From Azolla caroliniana (lineage: Eukaryota; Plantae; Polypodiophyta), in the NCBI GenBank assembly GCA_043228905.1, contig JBHGNT010000013.1:13392001-13456000 (forward strand): a DNA stretch of 64,000 nt, read 5' to 3'. This document shows, piece after piece, positions 23,101 to 34,330 of the stretch. Every line of letters starts with the position of its first letter. Positions within the stretch are counted from its first letter, which is position 1. The notes below the pieces were generated by a model that did no database searches, was not told the origin of the DNA, and saw only the letters and a program-made list of their open reading frames with translations. The position numbers and the translations under genes were made by a program.

Positions 23101-25545
23101 GGATCCGGCCGAAGACGGTGAAGAAACAGAACCGGCCGAAGAAGATGAAAATGATACCGGAACCGGTCCCGATCCCGAAATGGATTCGGATGAAGAAGAA
23201 TCGGAAGAACCGGTTACCGAAGCTCCCGAACGGAGATATCCTCTAAGAGAGAGAAGGGCCCCCCGGAGATTTCCGGAACCAGAGCACGTGCTGCTAACCG
23301 ACGAAGGGGAGCCGGAGAGCTTTGAAGAAGCAAAGCATGACACCCAGAGCCGCAGGTGGTTGAGTGCCATGCAGGACGAGATGGATTCCCTGCATGAGAA
23401 CCACACATATGAACTTGTGGAGTTGCCGAAAGGAAAGCGGGCACTTCGAAACAAGTGGGTGTTCAAGCTGAAACCGGGAGATGCCGAAAACCCCCCAAGA
23501 TATAAAGCCAGGATCGTGGTGAAGGGGTTTCAGCAGAAGAAGGGCGTCGACTTCGACGAGATATTCGCCCCGGTAGTGAAGATGACCTCCATCCGGACGG
23601 TGCTGAGCATAGCGGCAAGCATGGACCTCGAGGTAGAACAGATGGACGTGAAGACGGCATTCCTTCACGGTGACCTCGAAGAAGAGATCTACATGCAGCA
23701 ACCGGAAGGATTCGAGAAGAAAGGGAAGGAGCACCTGGTATGCCGGTTGAAGAAGAGCCTTTACGGACTGAAGCAGGCTCCCCGGCAATGGTACCGGAAG
23801 TTCGACTCCTTCATGACCGACGAAGGGTACCACAAAACGCAGTCTGATCACTGCGTGTTTGTGAAGAAGTTCGAAGGAGGAGACTCTCTAATACTCCTCC
23901 TGTACGTGGACGACATGTTGATCGTCGGACGGGACCAGGTCAAGATACGGATGCTGAAGAAGGCTCTTCACCGAACCTTCTCAATGAAGGACTTGGGTCC
24001 GGCGAGACAAATACTAGGGATGCACATCATCCGGGACCGGAGCAAGAAGCAGTTGTGGCTGTCACAAGAGAAGTACGTGACAAAGGTGCTTCAACGGTTC
24101 AACATGTCGGAAGCAAGACCGGTCGGATCAACCCTCCCGGCAAACTGCAAACTGTCCAGCAAGCAAAGCCCCAGGACAAAGGCTGAGAAAGAGGACATGA
24201 TGAAAGTACCATATGCCTCTGCCGTCGGAAGCTTGATGTACGCAATGGTGTGTACAAGACCGGACATAGGATATGCAGTTGGAGTGGTGAGCCGGTACAT
24301 GAGTAATCCCGGCAAAGAGCATTGGAACGCGGTCAAGTGGATACTCCGATACCTGAAGGGCACGGAAAACGTATGCCTCCGATTCGGCTCCGGTAAGCCC
24401 GAACTCGACGGCTTCACCGATTCGGATATGTCGGCTGATGCAGATACCAGCCGGTCCACATCAGGGTATGTGATGACCTATGCAGGGGGAGCCGTTTCGT
24501 GGCAGTCGAGGCTGCAGAAGACGGTTGCGCTGTCAACCACGGAGGCGGAGTACATGGCGGCTGTTGAAGCCGGCAAGGAAATAATATGGATGAAGGACTT
24601 CATTAGAGAGCTCGGTATCCAGCAGGAGGAGTACCGACTCTACTGCGACAGTCAGAGTGCCATCCACCTTGCGAAGAACGCAGCTTATCACTCCCGGACG
24701 AAGCACATCCAGCGAAGATATCACTGGATCCGGGAAAGGATAGAAGACCAGGAGTTCGTGCTGACAAAGATCCACACGGACGAGAACGGCTCAGATATGC
24801 TGACCAAAGTGCTCACACCCGACAAGCTGGAAGCATGCCGGAAGAGGATCGGATTGGAGAGACATCCCATGCCGAAGTGAAGGGGGAGTTTGTTGGGATT
24901 TCGGTCCCTCCGGATGGGATGTCCGGAGATGAATGACGGCAAGCCCGGTTACGGTCACGGAACCGGATGAAGATACAGGCCCGGTGCGAGTGCTCACCGG
25001 ATGTGAAGAGTACCCGGTATGAAGCCGGATGAAGAGTACCCGGATACGGATCCGGATGATGAAGACCCCGGCTACGGAGCCGGATGACGGAAGTACCCGG
25101 AGAGAGATCCGGATGCGGGGACATATTTGTGAATATGTTTTGCCAAGAGCCCCTGAGGCTATATTTGTAAATAGCCCGAAAGTCATATGTGTATAAATAT
25201 GACTTAGGGCAAACTGTGTTGTTGTTGCTCATTTTTTTTATGCGAAGAGAGAGCAGCCGAGAGTGAGAGAGAGAGAGAGACGAAGAGGTCGTTGCCTCTG
25301 TGTATTGCCGCCGCCTGTGGCGAAGACAGTGAGCCCAAGGTTGTTGCCTTGCAGCTTCACCAGTGTACATCCCTGTTCATAGTGATAGTTGGAGTTTGAG
25401 GACTCCCGTGGTTTTTCCCATTTAGGGTTTTCCACGTAAAACATCTAGTGTACCTTTCTCTCTATTGTCTTCGTGCATTTTGTATTTCCTGTTTTCTGTG
25501 AGTTGATCATATTGCTCGGTTGTGGCCGAGCACTGGTCTCCAACA
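20121..25545 (+). mobile_element. Intact, very young Ty1/copia LTR retrotransposon (Tnt1/Tork-like)
   Basis: LTRs 20121-20775 and 24891-25545 (655 bp, one mismatch seen: 20603 T vs 25373 C); TSD GTTTA; PBS TGGTATCAGAGC 20779-20790; PPT AAGGGGGAG just before the 3' LTR. Confidence 0.98.
20807..24880 (+). CDS. Copia gag-pol polyprotein, uninterrupted (1357 aa from MEGGSSG)
   Basis: Zn-knuckle CFHCGKPGHFRKNC, protease WVVDSGASFH, integrase LVHTDVC/IRADNGGEY/AERMNRT, RT LLLYVDDMLI, RNase H DSQSAIHLAKN/SDMLTKVL. Confidence 0.97.
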   Translation: MEGGSSGQPGMMVLNAQNYADWKIKMEDLLIVRDLYEPIDRSEIPKGVLETEWRLLNRKAVATIRQYVDVSVLQHVANDTNAYEMWRKLSGLYERKNALNRTSLMRKIVNLKYRDGESMVEHVSTFMGFVNQLAAIKFPLEDAMQAIILMCTLPDSWENLVVTLSTSCTEDNLSLQTVKTSILNEEARRRDKEPASDSKALLTESDRGRQWNRSPQRREKSGTRSQSRGRPTCFHCGKPGHFRKNCRHYRKDNGADDTDSKKSPERNGAYRGATDRRGPDRRGQDRKGTTALAASEEEIMLITEEGELNIAGDETTWVVDSGASFHLTPERRYFSSYTAGEHGCVRMGNEGTCRIAGIGDVWVTTSTGCKMLLKDVRHVPEVRLNLISAGRLDDEGYTGSIRNGVMKFSKGSLIVARARKDNTLYLMNARLCPEELNVAADTAGELWHKRLCHMSEKGMKRLAEDNLIPVKHVHLEKCTDCLAGKQNRTSFHSRPPTRRSAPLELVHTDVCQVETKSHGGAQYFVTFIDDHSRKLWTAPLKTKDQVLSIFKELHARVERESGKKLKAIRADNGGEYRGQFQEYCRSKGIRLEFTVPKTPELNGLAERMNRTIMERVRSMLAHAKLPKGFWAEAMSTATYVINRSPSVPLDGDTPQKVWTGKEVSYRHLKVFGCLAYVHVAKDRRGKLDPKTRPCIFLGYGNDEFGYRVWDPVDKKIFRSRDIIFMEDKTLADWESEKKMKSSKSTGEDQLYEEQSRPARDRLTLEDPAEDGEETEPAEEDENDTGTGPDPEMDSDEEESEEPVTEAPERRYPLRERRAPRRFPEPEHVLLTDEGEPESFEEAKHDTQSRRWLSAMQDEMDSLHENHTYELVELPKGKRALRNKWVFKLKPGDAENPPRYKARIVVKGFQQKKGVDFDEIFAPVVKMTSIRTVLSIAASMDLEVEQMDVKTAFLHGDLEEEIYMQQPEGFEKKGKEHLVCRLKKSLYGLKQAPRQWYRKFDSFMTDEGYHKTQSDHCVFVKKFEGGDSLILLLYVDDMLIVGRDQVKIRMLKKALHRTFSMKDLGPARQILGMHIIRDRSKKQLWLSQEKYVTKVLQRFNMSEARPVGSTLPANCKLSSKQSPRTKAEKEDMMKVPYASAVGSLMYAMVCTRPDIGYAVGVVSRYMSNPGKEHWNAVKWILRYLKGTENVCLRFGSGKPELDGFTDSDMSADADTSRSTSGYVMTYAGGAVSWQSRLQKTVALSTTEAEYMAAVEAGKEIIWMKDFIRELGIQQEEYRLYCDSQSAIHLAKNAAYHSRTKHIQRRYHWIRERIEDQEFVLTKIHTDENGSDMLTKVLTPDKLEACRKRIGLERHPMPK

Positions 25546-26945
25546 GTTTAGGGTTGCAAAGAGTGCCATGAACACAGCAAATAGTTGACAAGGAGGTGTT
25601 TCCAAATACTTCAAGTGTGACGTCACATGTAGCGATGGCGGGGTTTATGGTTGTAGAGAGTGGCCTGAACGCAGCAAATCGCTACCGAGTTTCCCTACTC
25701 CTCATGTGTCAGGTATGTCTCTTCGATTAGGTTGTAAGGTTAGTAGTAGGGCTACACAGGGACAATGGAACATGGTGGCGAATGAGCCATCAATGGGCAA
25801 TAAAGCATCATTAGTGGCAGCTAAAGTATCGACGGCAAGGGGGCCGGTTGGACGGTGGGTGGAGTCGAGGTATGCATTGCAAGGAATGAGTAAGAATTGG
25901 GAGAAGCATGCAGAGATTTTGGGACAAAGGAAAGCAAGCAACATGTGGAAAGACATAGGTAAACACATTAATGGAGGAATTGGCAAGAGGAGGAATTGGC
26001 AAGATATGCAAGGAAGTGGTGAATCAGACTGATAATGGAGGATTGATGGAAGAGGTTAGGGCCCCCGCCAGCAGTATGCGGCGGTCGTCTTCACAATTGA
26101 CTCACGAGTGTGGGGAGAGTTAGAGGCTTGGAATAAAGAGGTCGGAAGCAGGGGGGGGGGGAGGGGATCTCCCCAACCTTGCATTATGGCATATGGAGGG
26201 GGTGGGAGTAGAAGAGAGGCAACAGGGACTGCAAGGAGGGTCATCTAAGGGGCTAGATGTTGACATGGAAATGGAGGCCACGGAGGACATGTTGCAGGTA
26301 ACACGTTCACGTTCACAAGTGGAAGGATCGTGCATAAATGGAAGGATAAGGAATATTTTGGTTGATTTTAGTACTTTTTCAATGATTTTACAAAACACAT
26401 TGATACCAGTATCATACATGTTCAAATATACTATGAAAAAGGTTAAAATCCACTATTTTCGTGATTTAGAAATAAATGAAAAAAGAGGAATTTCAAAAAG
26501 TTACATTCTCAATTTATATCACAAACTTTACAACCAATGTTATTTTATAAGAAACGATTTTTTAGAAATCATAAGAATTCAAAACACATCCGTGATCCTT
26601 CCACTTGTGAACGTGAATGTGTTAGGTGGAAAATCTTTTGCAAAAGTGTAGTCATGCACAAAATGCATGCCAGAGAGGAGATTATGATAAGCAATTGGAA
26701 ATGAAGGAGAGCTCTGAGATACTTGATGTTTTTCTGTCCGAGGAAGAAAATGAAATCGTAAATGCAGAGATTAAAAGGTTAAAGAAATGTTCATTAATTT
26801 GCAAACTACTTTGTGGTAGGCCAAGTAGAGGTATGGTTTGTGACATGTTACAGGTAGCTCTAATGGATAGGGTCCCACAGATAAAGAATACGGAAAATAT
26901 GGGACAAAATTTTACATTGAAGTGGCTAAGGGGAGTAAGGGATAG

Positions 26946-27430
26946 TGTCATGATAACAGTCACATCATGCATCGAAAGGATCATGACACTCACATTATGA
27001 CTCGAAAGGATTTGAACCCACGACCTTGTTATACACATGTCAAATCCTTAACCATTGTATTAATATTCTTATATGTATAGTCTCTAGAATATGAAATCTA
27101 ATATCATAGGAATATTCTATATTACTCTACATTCTAGAATGACCTAGAATATTCTAGAGTGTTCTATACCACTAGAACCTTCTAGAATACTCTAGAGATC
27201 TTCTAGATTACTCTACATTCTAGGATAACCTAGAATATTCTAGAGAGTTCTCTATTACTTATAAATAGGGATCTACCACCCATCCCAAACCTAAATTGGT
27301 TCAACGCCATTTTGTAGCCTACTCTTTGTAATCCATTTTACGCTTCAATATAATAATTCTCTTTCAATTATCTCTCTATCTCTTTTTCTCTCTCTTTCTC
27401 TCTCTCTTTCTCTCTCTCTCAGTCTTGACA
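26946..27430 (+). mobile_element. Isolated chromovirus-type LTR (same family as 14230-14643)
   Basis: TGTCATGA...TCTTGACA termini, shared ggttcaacgcca block, TCTAGA-rich repeats and (CT)n; preceded by GGGATAG PPT remnant; no clean TSD. Confidence 0.8.
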
Positions 27431-27494
27431 GTATCACAAATTATTGATATAAAATTTGGAGAGCTCAAATATGGAAGAGCTCTCTTGTTGGAAT

Positions 27495-28069
27495 TGTTAG
27501 AATCGACCGACCACAACCGGTTGGACGTTTACGTTCAAGTGCAAAGAAACAAGTGAGATAGATACACACATAGATAAACGAGGAAGCAGAATAACGAAGA
27601 AAAACAGAGACATTGAGTTTAATGTGGAAAACCCGAAAGGGAAAAACCACAGGGGTCTACAAACCCCGAGAAACAGAATCACTATGATAGAGGAGAAGTA
27701 CAATAAGATACTCAGAGGCAACGACCTCGATATCTTCTTTGTCTGACAGACGGCTATTGAGTTATTACTCTCACTGTCTCTCTTTGTCACAGTTAGAGAG
27801 GCAACTACCTTCAGTGTAACTTTACAACAATGATCTTCACTATGCAAATAAAGTGTTCCCTAGTTGTTTATATACTAAAACAACTTTCAAGTTATTTACA
27901 AGTATAGCCCACAAGAGGCACTATTAACTATTTACAATTATAGTCCCTCAAATCGGTCCTAAAATCAATTCTCGATTTCAGTTTCAGTTTTCGATCTCGG
28001 CCTCAACCGAATTCCACCCGATTCGGCTTGTACTCTTCTTCCCATCCGCAAGGACCTAGTTTCCCAACA
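27495..28069 (-). mobile_element. Copia-type solo LTR (575 bp) with 5-bp TSD GGAAT
   Basis: Minus strand TGTTGGGAAA...TTCTAACA; GGAAT at 27490-27494 and 28070-28074; contains the gtggtttttccc..gggttttccac motif. Confidence 0.9.
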
Positions 28070-29269
28070 GGAATGGCATGCTAATTTCAACGTTATGGAA
28101 GAAGCCAAGAAAATTGGTAATCCCATAGTGATATCTGTGGTATTTCCTAATCTTCCGCGATAATTATATCCCTTGATGCCAAAGATTGGGGAGAAGATTG
28201 GCACAGTCTGTCTTTTAAAGGCAACCATGGTAGACAAAATCAGAGACTCCTCTAAGATTAGGGTGCTTGTGCAAAGTTTGTCCACACTCCCCGCTATAAT
28301 CAGGGTGCATGATGTGGAGGCAAGACTGATAGATGTGGAGGTGGAATATGAGGGACTACCTGGTCAATGTTTCTATTGTAAAAAAACGGGTCACATTGCT
28401 AAGGAATGCCCTAGGAAGATCAATAGTAATGTAAGGGGGGGAGAAGGTTAAGGGGTCGATAGCTAAGCAAGAGAAGACAGGGGTGGCAAGACAAAGTACT
28501 CTTAATGGGCTGAGAATGTGACATCTGGACTCTTGTTTTGGGACACAAAAATGGATTGCAACATGAAGGAAACACATCTACACCTCATGTAGATTTGAGA
28601 AATCGGTTTGAAGTGTTGCAAGAAGAGGACATATTACAAAATGAAGGACAACTAATGTGGAAGAGGTGGTAGCGTGCACACCCGATGTCTTACTAAACAG
28701 TGCACAGCTCAGACAATAAAATGTCATGAGCTCCCCCTCCTCCGCTGATAAAAGTGGAAGTATTGGATTGAGAGCAATGAAAGAATGGTTACGCAATGGG
28801 AGGTGTCAAGAAAGCTCATCCACCACTTCTGAATTTCAGAAGCTGCAAGAGTTGAAACAAGTAAGTATGGCAACAAATGTCGGAGTTTCAATCAAATTTG
28901 TTAGGTCCAAAAGATCGGAAAGGGACACGCTTGGCAAGGGGTGCAAGTTTAGCCAGCAATCTCTCACGAGATTGACTGATTTGTGTCATGAGGAAGCCCT
29001 AGGGCTGAGGGTTTACATGATTATTGCTGAACGAAACAAGTTGTCGAAGGTAGGCTTCTCATTTGACCTAACTAAATTGGAGGTTTCGGCTAGCAACATG
29101 GCATGGATCTCCAGCTCCATAGAAGTCAAGGCACACAAATACTTTAATTGCCTGCCAATCACCTCGAGTGGGGATAAGTGGATGTCAATGTGGATGAATG
29201 TTGTAATGATATGTGGGAGTTTCAACGATGCTTGCATTAAAAAGGGGATATTTTACTTCACATTAAAAA

Positions 29270-29770
29270 GTAGACTTAGACTAATAATATTTTTATAATG
29301 GATGTAAAACTGAAAAGTATTTGTTTTATTTTTATTAAACAAATAAAAAATTTAAAAAGGTTCATTAATTCCCCACTTTTTACTTTCCCACAAAATTTGA
29401 TATTTTTATTTGTAATTAAAAAGGGGACCTCACACTAATAATATTTTTATAATAGATATAAAACTTAAAAGTATTTGCTTTATGTTTTCATAAAACAATA
29501 AATAAATATAAATAAATAAAAGGTTCATTAATTTCCCACTTTTTATTCTCCCACAAAATTTGGTATTTTTATCTGACATTAAAAATGGGACCTCACACTA
29601 ATAATATTTTTATAATTGATATAAAACTTAAAAGTATTTGTTTTATTTTTAATAGAAAAAATAATAAATAAAAGGCAAATTTTGATATTTTTATCTCGCA
29701 TTAAAAAAGGGATATCTCACTAATAATAGTTTAATAATAGATGTAAAAATATTTGTTTTTTTAAATAATA
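29270..29770. repeat. AT-rich degenerate tandem repeat (~125-165-bp units, 3-4 copies)
   Basis: ctaataatatttttataat..aaaagtatttg recurs at ~29281, 29436, 29598 and 29720. Confidence 0.7.
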
Positions 29771-30149
29771 AATAAACGAATGGTTCTATAATATTCTTGG
29801 GGTCATTTTGTATTCTCGAATATTACGGATAAAGAATACCATGAATATCACGCATGGGTCAATTTATCGCTCCAACCCTTGCCTTTTATTAACAAGTAAA
29901 ACTATGAACGTGCCTTTGATTTGGACACTAACCCTAGGTATAATAAGTCGTGTTGCTAACGTATTTATTTAAGCCAAAAATTGAATTTAACCTTGGTTAA
30001 AAATGGAGGTGATTACCTATATGTAATAATGTAGGTATGTCATGTAAAACCTTAGGGTGTTCTTTATACTAATATAATATAGTATATTTTTCTGAAAAAT
30101 AAATATTAGCGTTCATTAGGTATGTGGGTTATAGGTATAATCGTACAAT

Positions 30150-30420
30150 ATGTTAAGGGTAGGATAGGTGGGAAATTAGGAATCATGAAAACCCATAAGG
30201 ACCTATCACAAATGGGAACACTTGGTGGTTTGGGAGCCTTAGGTGTTGAGCTATATAAAAGAGACTAGCCACATCTTTCATTATGACATCTTGGGACGCT
30301 ACCAGTTGGTAGTATTTCGTATTAGAATCGTCCTAACTTCTAATTATTTTTTCTCTCTCTCTATTAGTTTGTTTTGGACTGATGGACGAGATTACTGGGC
30401 GATCCATACATAGAGGACGT
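30150..30420 (+). mobile_element. Degenerate LTR-like fragment related to the LTR at ~33.5 kb
   Basis: gacctat..atgggaaca..tggtggt..agcctta.gtgttgagctatataaaag shared with 33555-33650. Confidence 0.5.
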
Positions 30421-31371
30421 GAAAAGTTGTTATTATTCATTAACACTTCTTTAATGATTTCACAATACTATAATATTTGATATCTTATGATGATATCAAT
30501 GAAGGGTTTGTCATCTTGAGATTTTATCAATATCTCGATATAAATGTTATTACTAAATGGTATCTTGTTTATTTATTATTACAATTTACATATCTTTAAT
30601 CGATTTTATTATTTAACCTTTACTGTTTTAATATGCAAATTTTATAATAATATTTTATTTAATAAATTGTTTGCTCATGAACTATGGTTTCATTAAATTG
30701 TCAATTTATGGTTTTCATAACTATATTGGGTTAAGCGATTTTTTATCCCAAGATTTTGTCAACCACTAGGCTGTTTCACATTTGTTATATTTTCATACAC
30801 AATTGAAAAAGTAATTTAAAAAATAAAAACATATTTTAATACCATATTATAAGACTTTAGACAAATAATATACTTCAATGAATGTGTTATCTACTTGTCA
30901 CAAATGTTGATTTTAGGCCATATATATATATATATATCATTATATGTATGTATAGACTATAGTTGTATTGTTATTGTAGAATGTGGGATACGACATTACA
31001 ATATGATTTGAAGAACACTATTCATTTGGGCACAACATGGGCAATTTTCTTTTATTTTCGCCGATGAATACACATGGTTGAGTCCATGGGACCCAACATG
31101 AATCAATAAGATAGTGTTCTAGGAAAGACATTGAATGTTATGTCACCCCATGGTCTTTAAAACACAATGGTTTTCTTACCATTTTAACATGTTCATGAAC
31201 AGCCATCTCAACATATAGAAAGTGTATATCACATGAGATGCTTTCTTATTTATTTTTTCATTAATGATCACAAACACTTTTAAATTTCTTTTACTAAATT
31301 TACTACCTGGAATAAATTATTTATGGTTGCCAAACACATTTCTTAGTCGTTAACTCATTGCCCAAAAATTA

Positions 31372-31900
31372 TGGTATGAACATGATAAACCGATGGAATA
31401 TGAACATGAGGAGGTTGCGGATGCTATTATGGTGAGGCATGGTATGATGGAAAAAATTTTGATCCCTCCGAATCCACAAATACAAACTGATAAACCTCAA
31501 ATATGGCAATTGGTAAGCAGTATTACAATTTGGTATATTTGGAAGGCTCGATGTTTGAAGGTATTTCAAAATATGACTGAAAGACCTGCTCAAATAATCT
31601 CCGGAATTTGGATAGAGATTGTACATAATCTTAGAGGGATTTTGGATGGTATAAAAGGTAATACGCATCAAGCGGAGCTTAGGCGGGTGGAGTTTCATGC
31701 CATTTGGGACATAGGTATATTTTATAGACGGTATTTTGGTAAGGTGGAGTGGTTCTACTCAACACCAAAGTGCTTATTCAAGCCAATGGTTAGACTTTAG
31801 AAAAATATAGGGGATCGGTATAGCTTGTATGTTTAGCCTTATGGCGGTTTTCTAATACTAATGTAGTATCTTTTTTTTGAAAAAAAAAAAAAAAAAAAAA
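31372..31900 (+). mobile_element. 5'-truncated L1-type LINE insertion with poly(A) tail and 18-20-bp TSD
   Basis: aactcattgcccaaaaatta at 31352-31371 and 31901-31920; A-run 31880-31902; open frame with IWQLVSSITIWYIWKARCLKVF. Confidence 0.9.
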
Positions 31901-32699
31901 AACTCATTGCCCAAAAATTAGGACTTGAACCTTTGCAAAAAAAAAAGTTAACCTCAAATCCTACTTCATCCATCTCATTGCCACAAGACTCGATGACTAT
32001 TATTACTTTATAGGAGCTTTTGAAGCTCTGAAAAATCTCATGATATTCTTGAATCACTAAGCAAATGGATGTCAAGATAAAGGATGAACAACATGGTGAA
32101 CTTTCATTTGTCGTAAGGCCATTTCAAAACGAAAAGAAAGAAAGAAAGTTGCACATGGCTAGGTCGTTGGGAGTCTCATTTCAAGCTTCACCCTAAGCAT
32201 GATGGTACAAAAATAGCTTATGTATTTTGTGGGTAAGGTGGGCAATATGTTGCTTGGTGTACGAACTTTGTACTTCAAGGAAATTGCCCAATACATGGGA
32301 TGAATTCGTTATCTTTAAATGACAGTTTTTACAGCCACTATCTAAAACTAAAGCAACATAAAGCTGAATGACTCTATCTAGTAAGTCATTTTGCTCTCTT
32401 GAAGATTGCCTTATTCATACACACACAAATTCAAAATTTGAGACTTGAGGTAGGAAATGATTTATCACTTGTTTTCTTCTTCTTCTTCTTTCTTCTTTTT
32501 TCCCCTAAAGAGATATGCCTTGGTATTATAAAATCATAAGAAATACAAAATTTGTGTTGGATAAAGGAGTATACCAACCGACTCCATTGTGCTCACATCA
32601 TAGCCGATTTGATGTGTATATACATACAAGAACTACACATATTTGTACACCATTATCGCTTGTTTTCTTATAGATGACATTCCAAAATCAAACTATTAT

Positions 32700-33760
32700 T
32701 GGGTAGTGCATGATAAGGAATATACTAAGAACTTTGATGACAATGTCGACATTGTACTTTGATATACGTGCACTTAAAGGACCACAATCAACCCACATAA
32801 ACTAGAATAAAGCTTGGATCATTCAATGGGAATGGAAACCCAATTACTAATGTTGGTCAAAACACTAATTCTATTCTCCTTTCTTCTATTAAATTTCATC
32901 AAGTTGAATTCGAGATCAGAAAATATATTCTAAGGTTGGATATGCAAGAAATGTTACAAATAATTGCACGAGATAACATCATGGACCATAGTTGTTGAAG
33001 ATAGAGCACGATTTTATGTTGATCATAATAGGCATCCTCATGTTCTTCCATGTCCCTTTTAATTGTCAAAGTTATATCTACAAGTAAGTGGGCTAAATTA
33101 GCCCCGTGCTACTTTGGATCTTTTACATCCCTAACGTGTATTGATTCATTTGCATATTGTCTTGATCTTCCTGATGGCATTGACATCATCATGTTTTCCA
33201 TGTGAGTTGCCGCGAAGAACTTATGGGTTCCAATGACAACCATGAAATATATGGTAATTCATGAGGATTTATCTTCTAAGCCTCGTTTGCCAAGAAACAT
33301 TCTTGATGCGCGTGGAACTAAACATTTGAGATCTAAACAAATCCAAGAATTCAAAATGAAATGGTTAGATTGGATTGGTTGTGATGCCACATATTCTTAA
33401 ATCTAATTTCCTTGATTTTGATTTGTCACTGCAATGTTTTGAAAATGGGGAATATGTTGTACGGATGATTTTACGAACCAATTCTATATCTAATTTTAAT
33501 GGGTTTAGGATACAATTGTTAGGAAACGATTATCCCAAGAATTGGACAACATCATAAGACCTATGACACATGGGAACATGTGGTGGTCTCAAAGCCTTAT
33601 GTGTTGAGCTATATAAAAGGAACCAATGACCTCCTTCATTACAACATCTTTGTTGGTTATATTTGAATAGAAAGGTTATAATATAGATAGAGAAAGAGAA
33701 GATAGAGGAGTATCCTAATGTCAAATAGTTATAACATACTTCATATGAATTGTCAACAAT
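32700..33760 (+). mobile_element. Highly decayed gypsy integrase C-terminus/chromodomain plus LTR remnant
   Basis: AKLAPCYFGSF..AYCLDLPDG..HVFHVS..EFKMKWLD, then purine tract aaaatggggaata and TGTTG. Confidence 0.6.
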
Positions 33761-33949
33761 CTCATTATGATATCTCTTAGAAGGTGGTATTTTTTTTATA
33801 TATTATCGTTTCTTCAATGCAATTTATAAATTATATTGTTGTATTGTGTATCTTAGCAGTATAATCAAACTCTTAGATTTAAGAGATCTATAATCAAACA
33901 TCCTTGAAATTATATTTTATATTTACTTTCAAATATGTGCTCGAACGTT

Positions 33950-34330
33950 TTATTCAACATCCCCCTCCCCCAAGCACAAATGTATATCATGGATTCTTAG
34001 CTTTTTCCGAAATTTAAAGATTATATCTCTTAGAAAACCTTTAGTGAGAACATCTACAAATTGGTTTATGGTTTTGATATACTCTAGATCTACAAGTTAC
34101 AACCCCTTCAATTAACATTATAAAACTTATGTTATCATAAAATATTTGAATCTGCCTTCGTATAGTAAATCCAAGATATTTGAGCAATATCTTCATCCAT
34201 AGAGCCTCACAAGTTGCTTGTGTAGCAACTCTATACTCAAATTTGGTATTGCTTAAAGCAATTGTTGGTTATTTCTTCAACATCCATGACGTTGTTGCAC
34301 TACCAAACAAACTCAACATTCCACTTATTC
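33950..34330 (-). mobile_element. Decayed copia RNase H fragment with PPT
   Basis: Minus strand TIALSNTKFEYRVATQATCEALWMK and NQFVDVLTKGF, then GGGGGAGGGGGA TGTTGAA. Confidence 0.7.

Larger units (their letters stand above)
25760..29260 (+). mobile_element. Decayed LINE ORF1 (DUF4283-like plus CCHC knuckle), split by LTR insertions
   Basis: CSLICKLLCGRPSRG; LLLEW|HANFN..ISVVFPNLP rejoins across the solo LTR; VEYEGLPGQCFYCKKTGHIAKECP; outer boundaries approximate. Confidence 0.7.
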
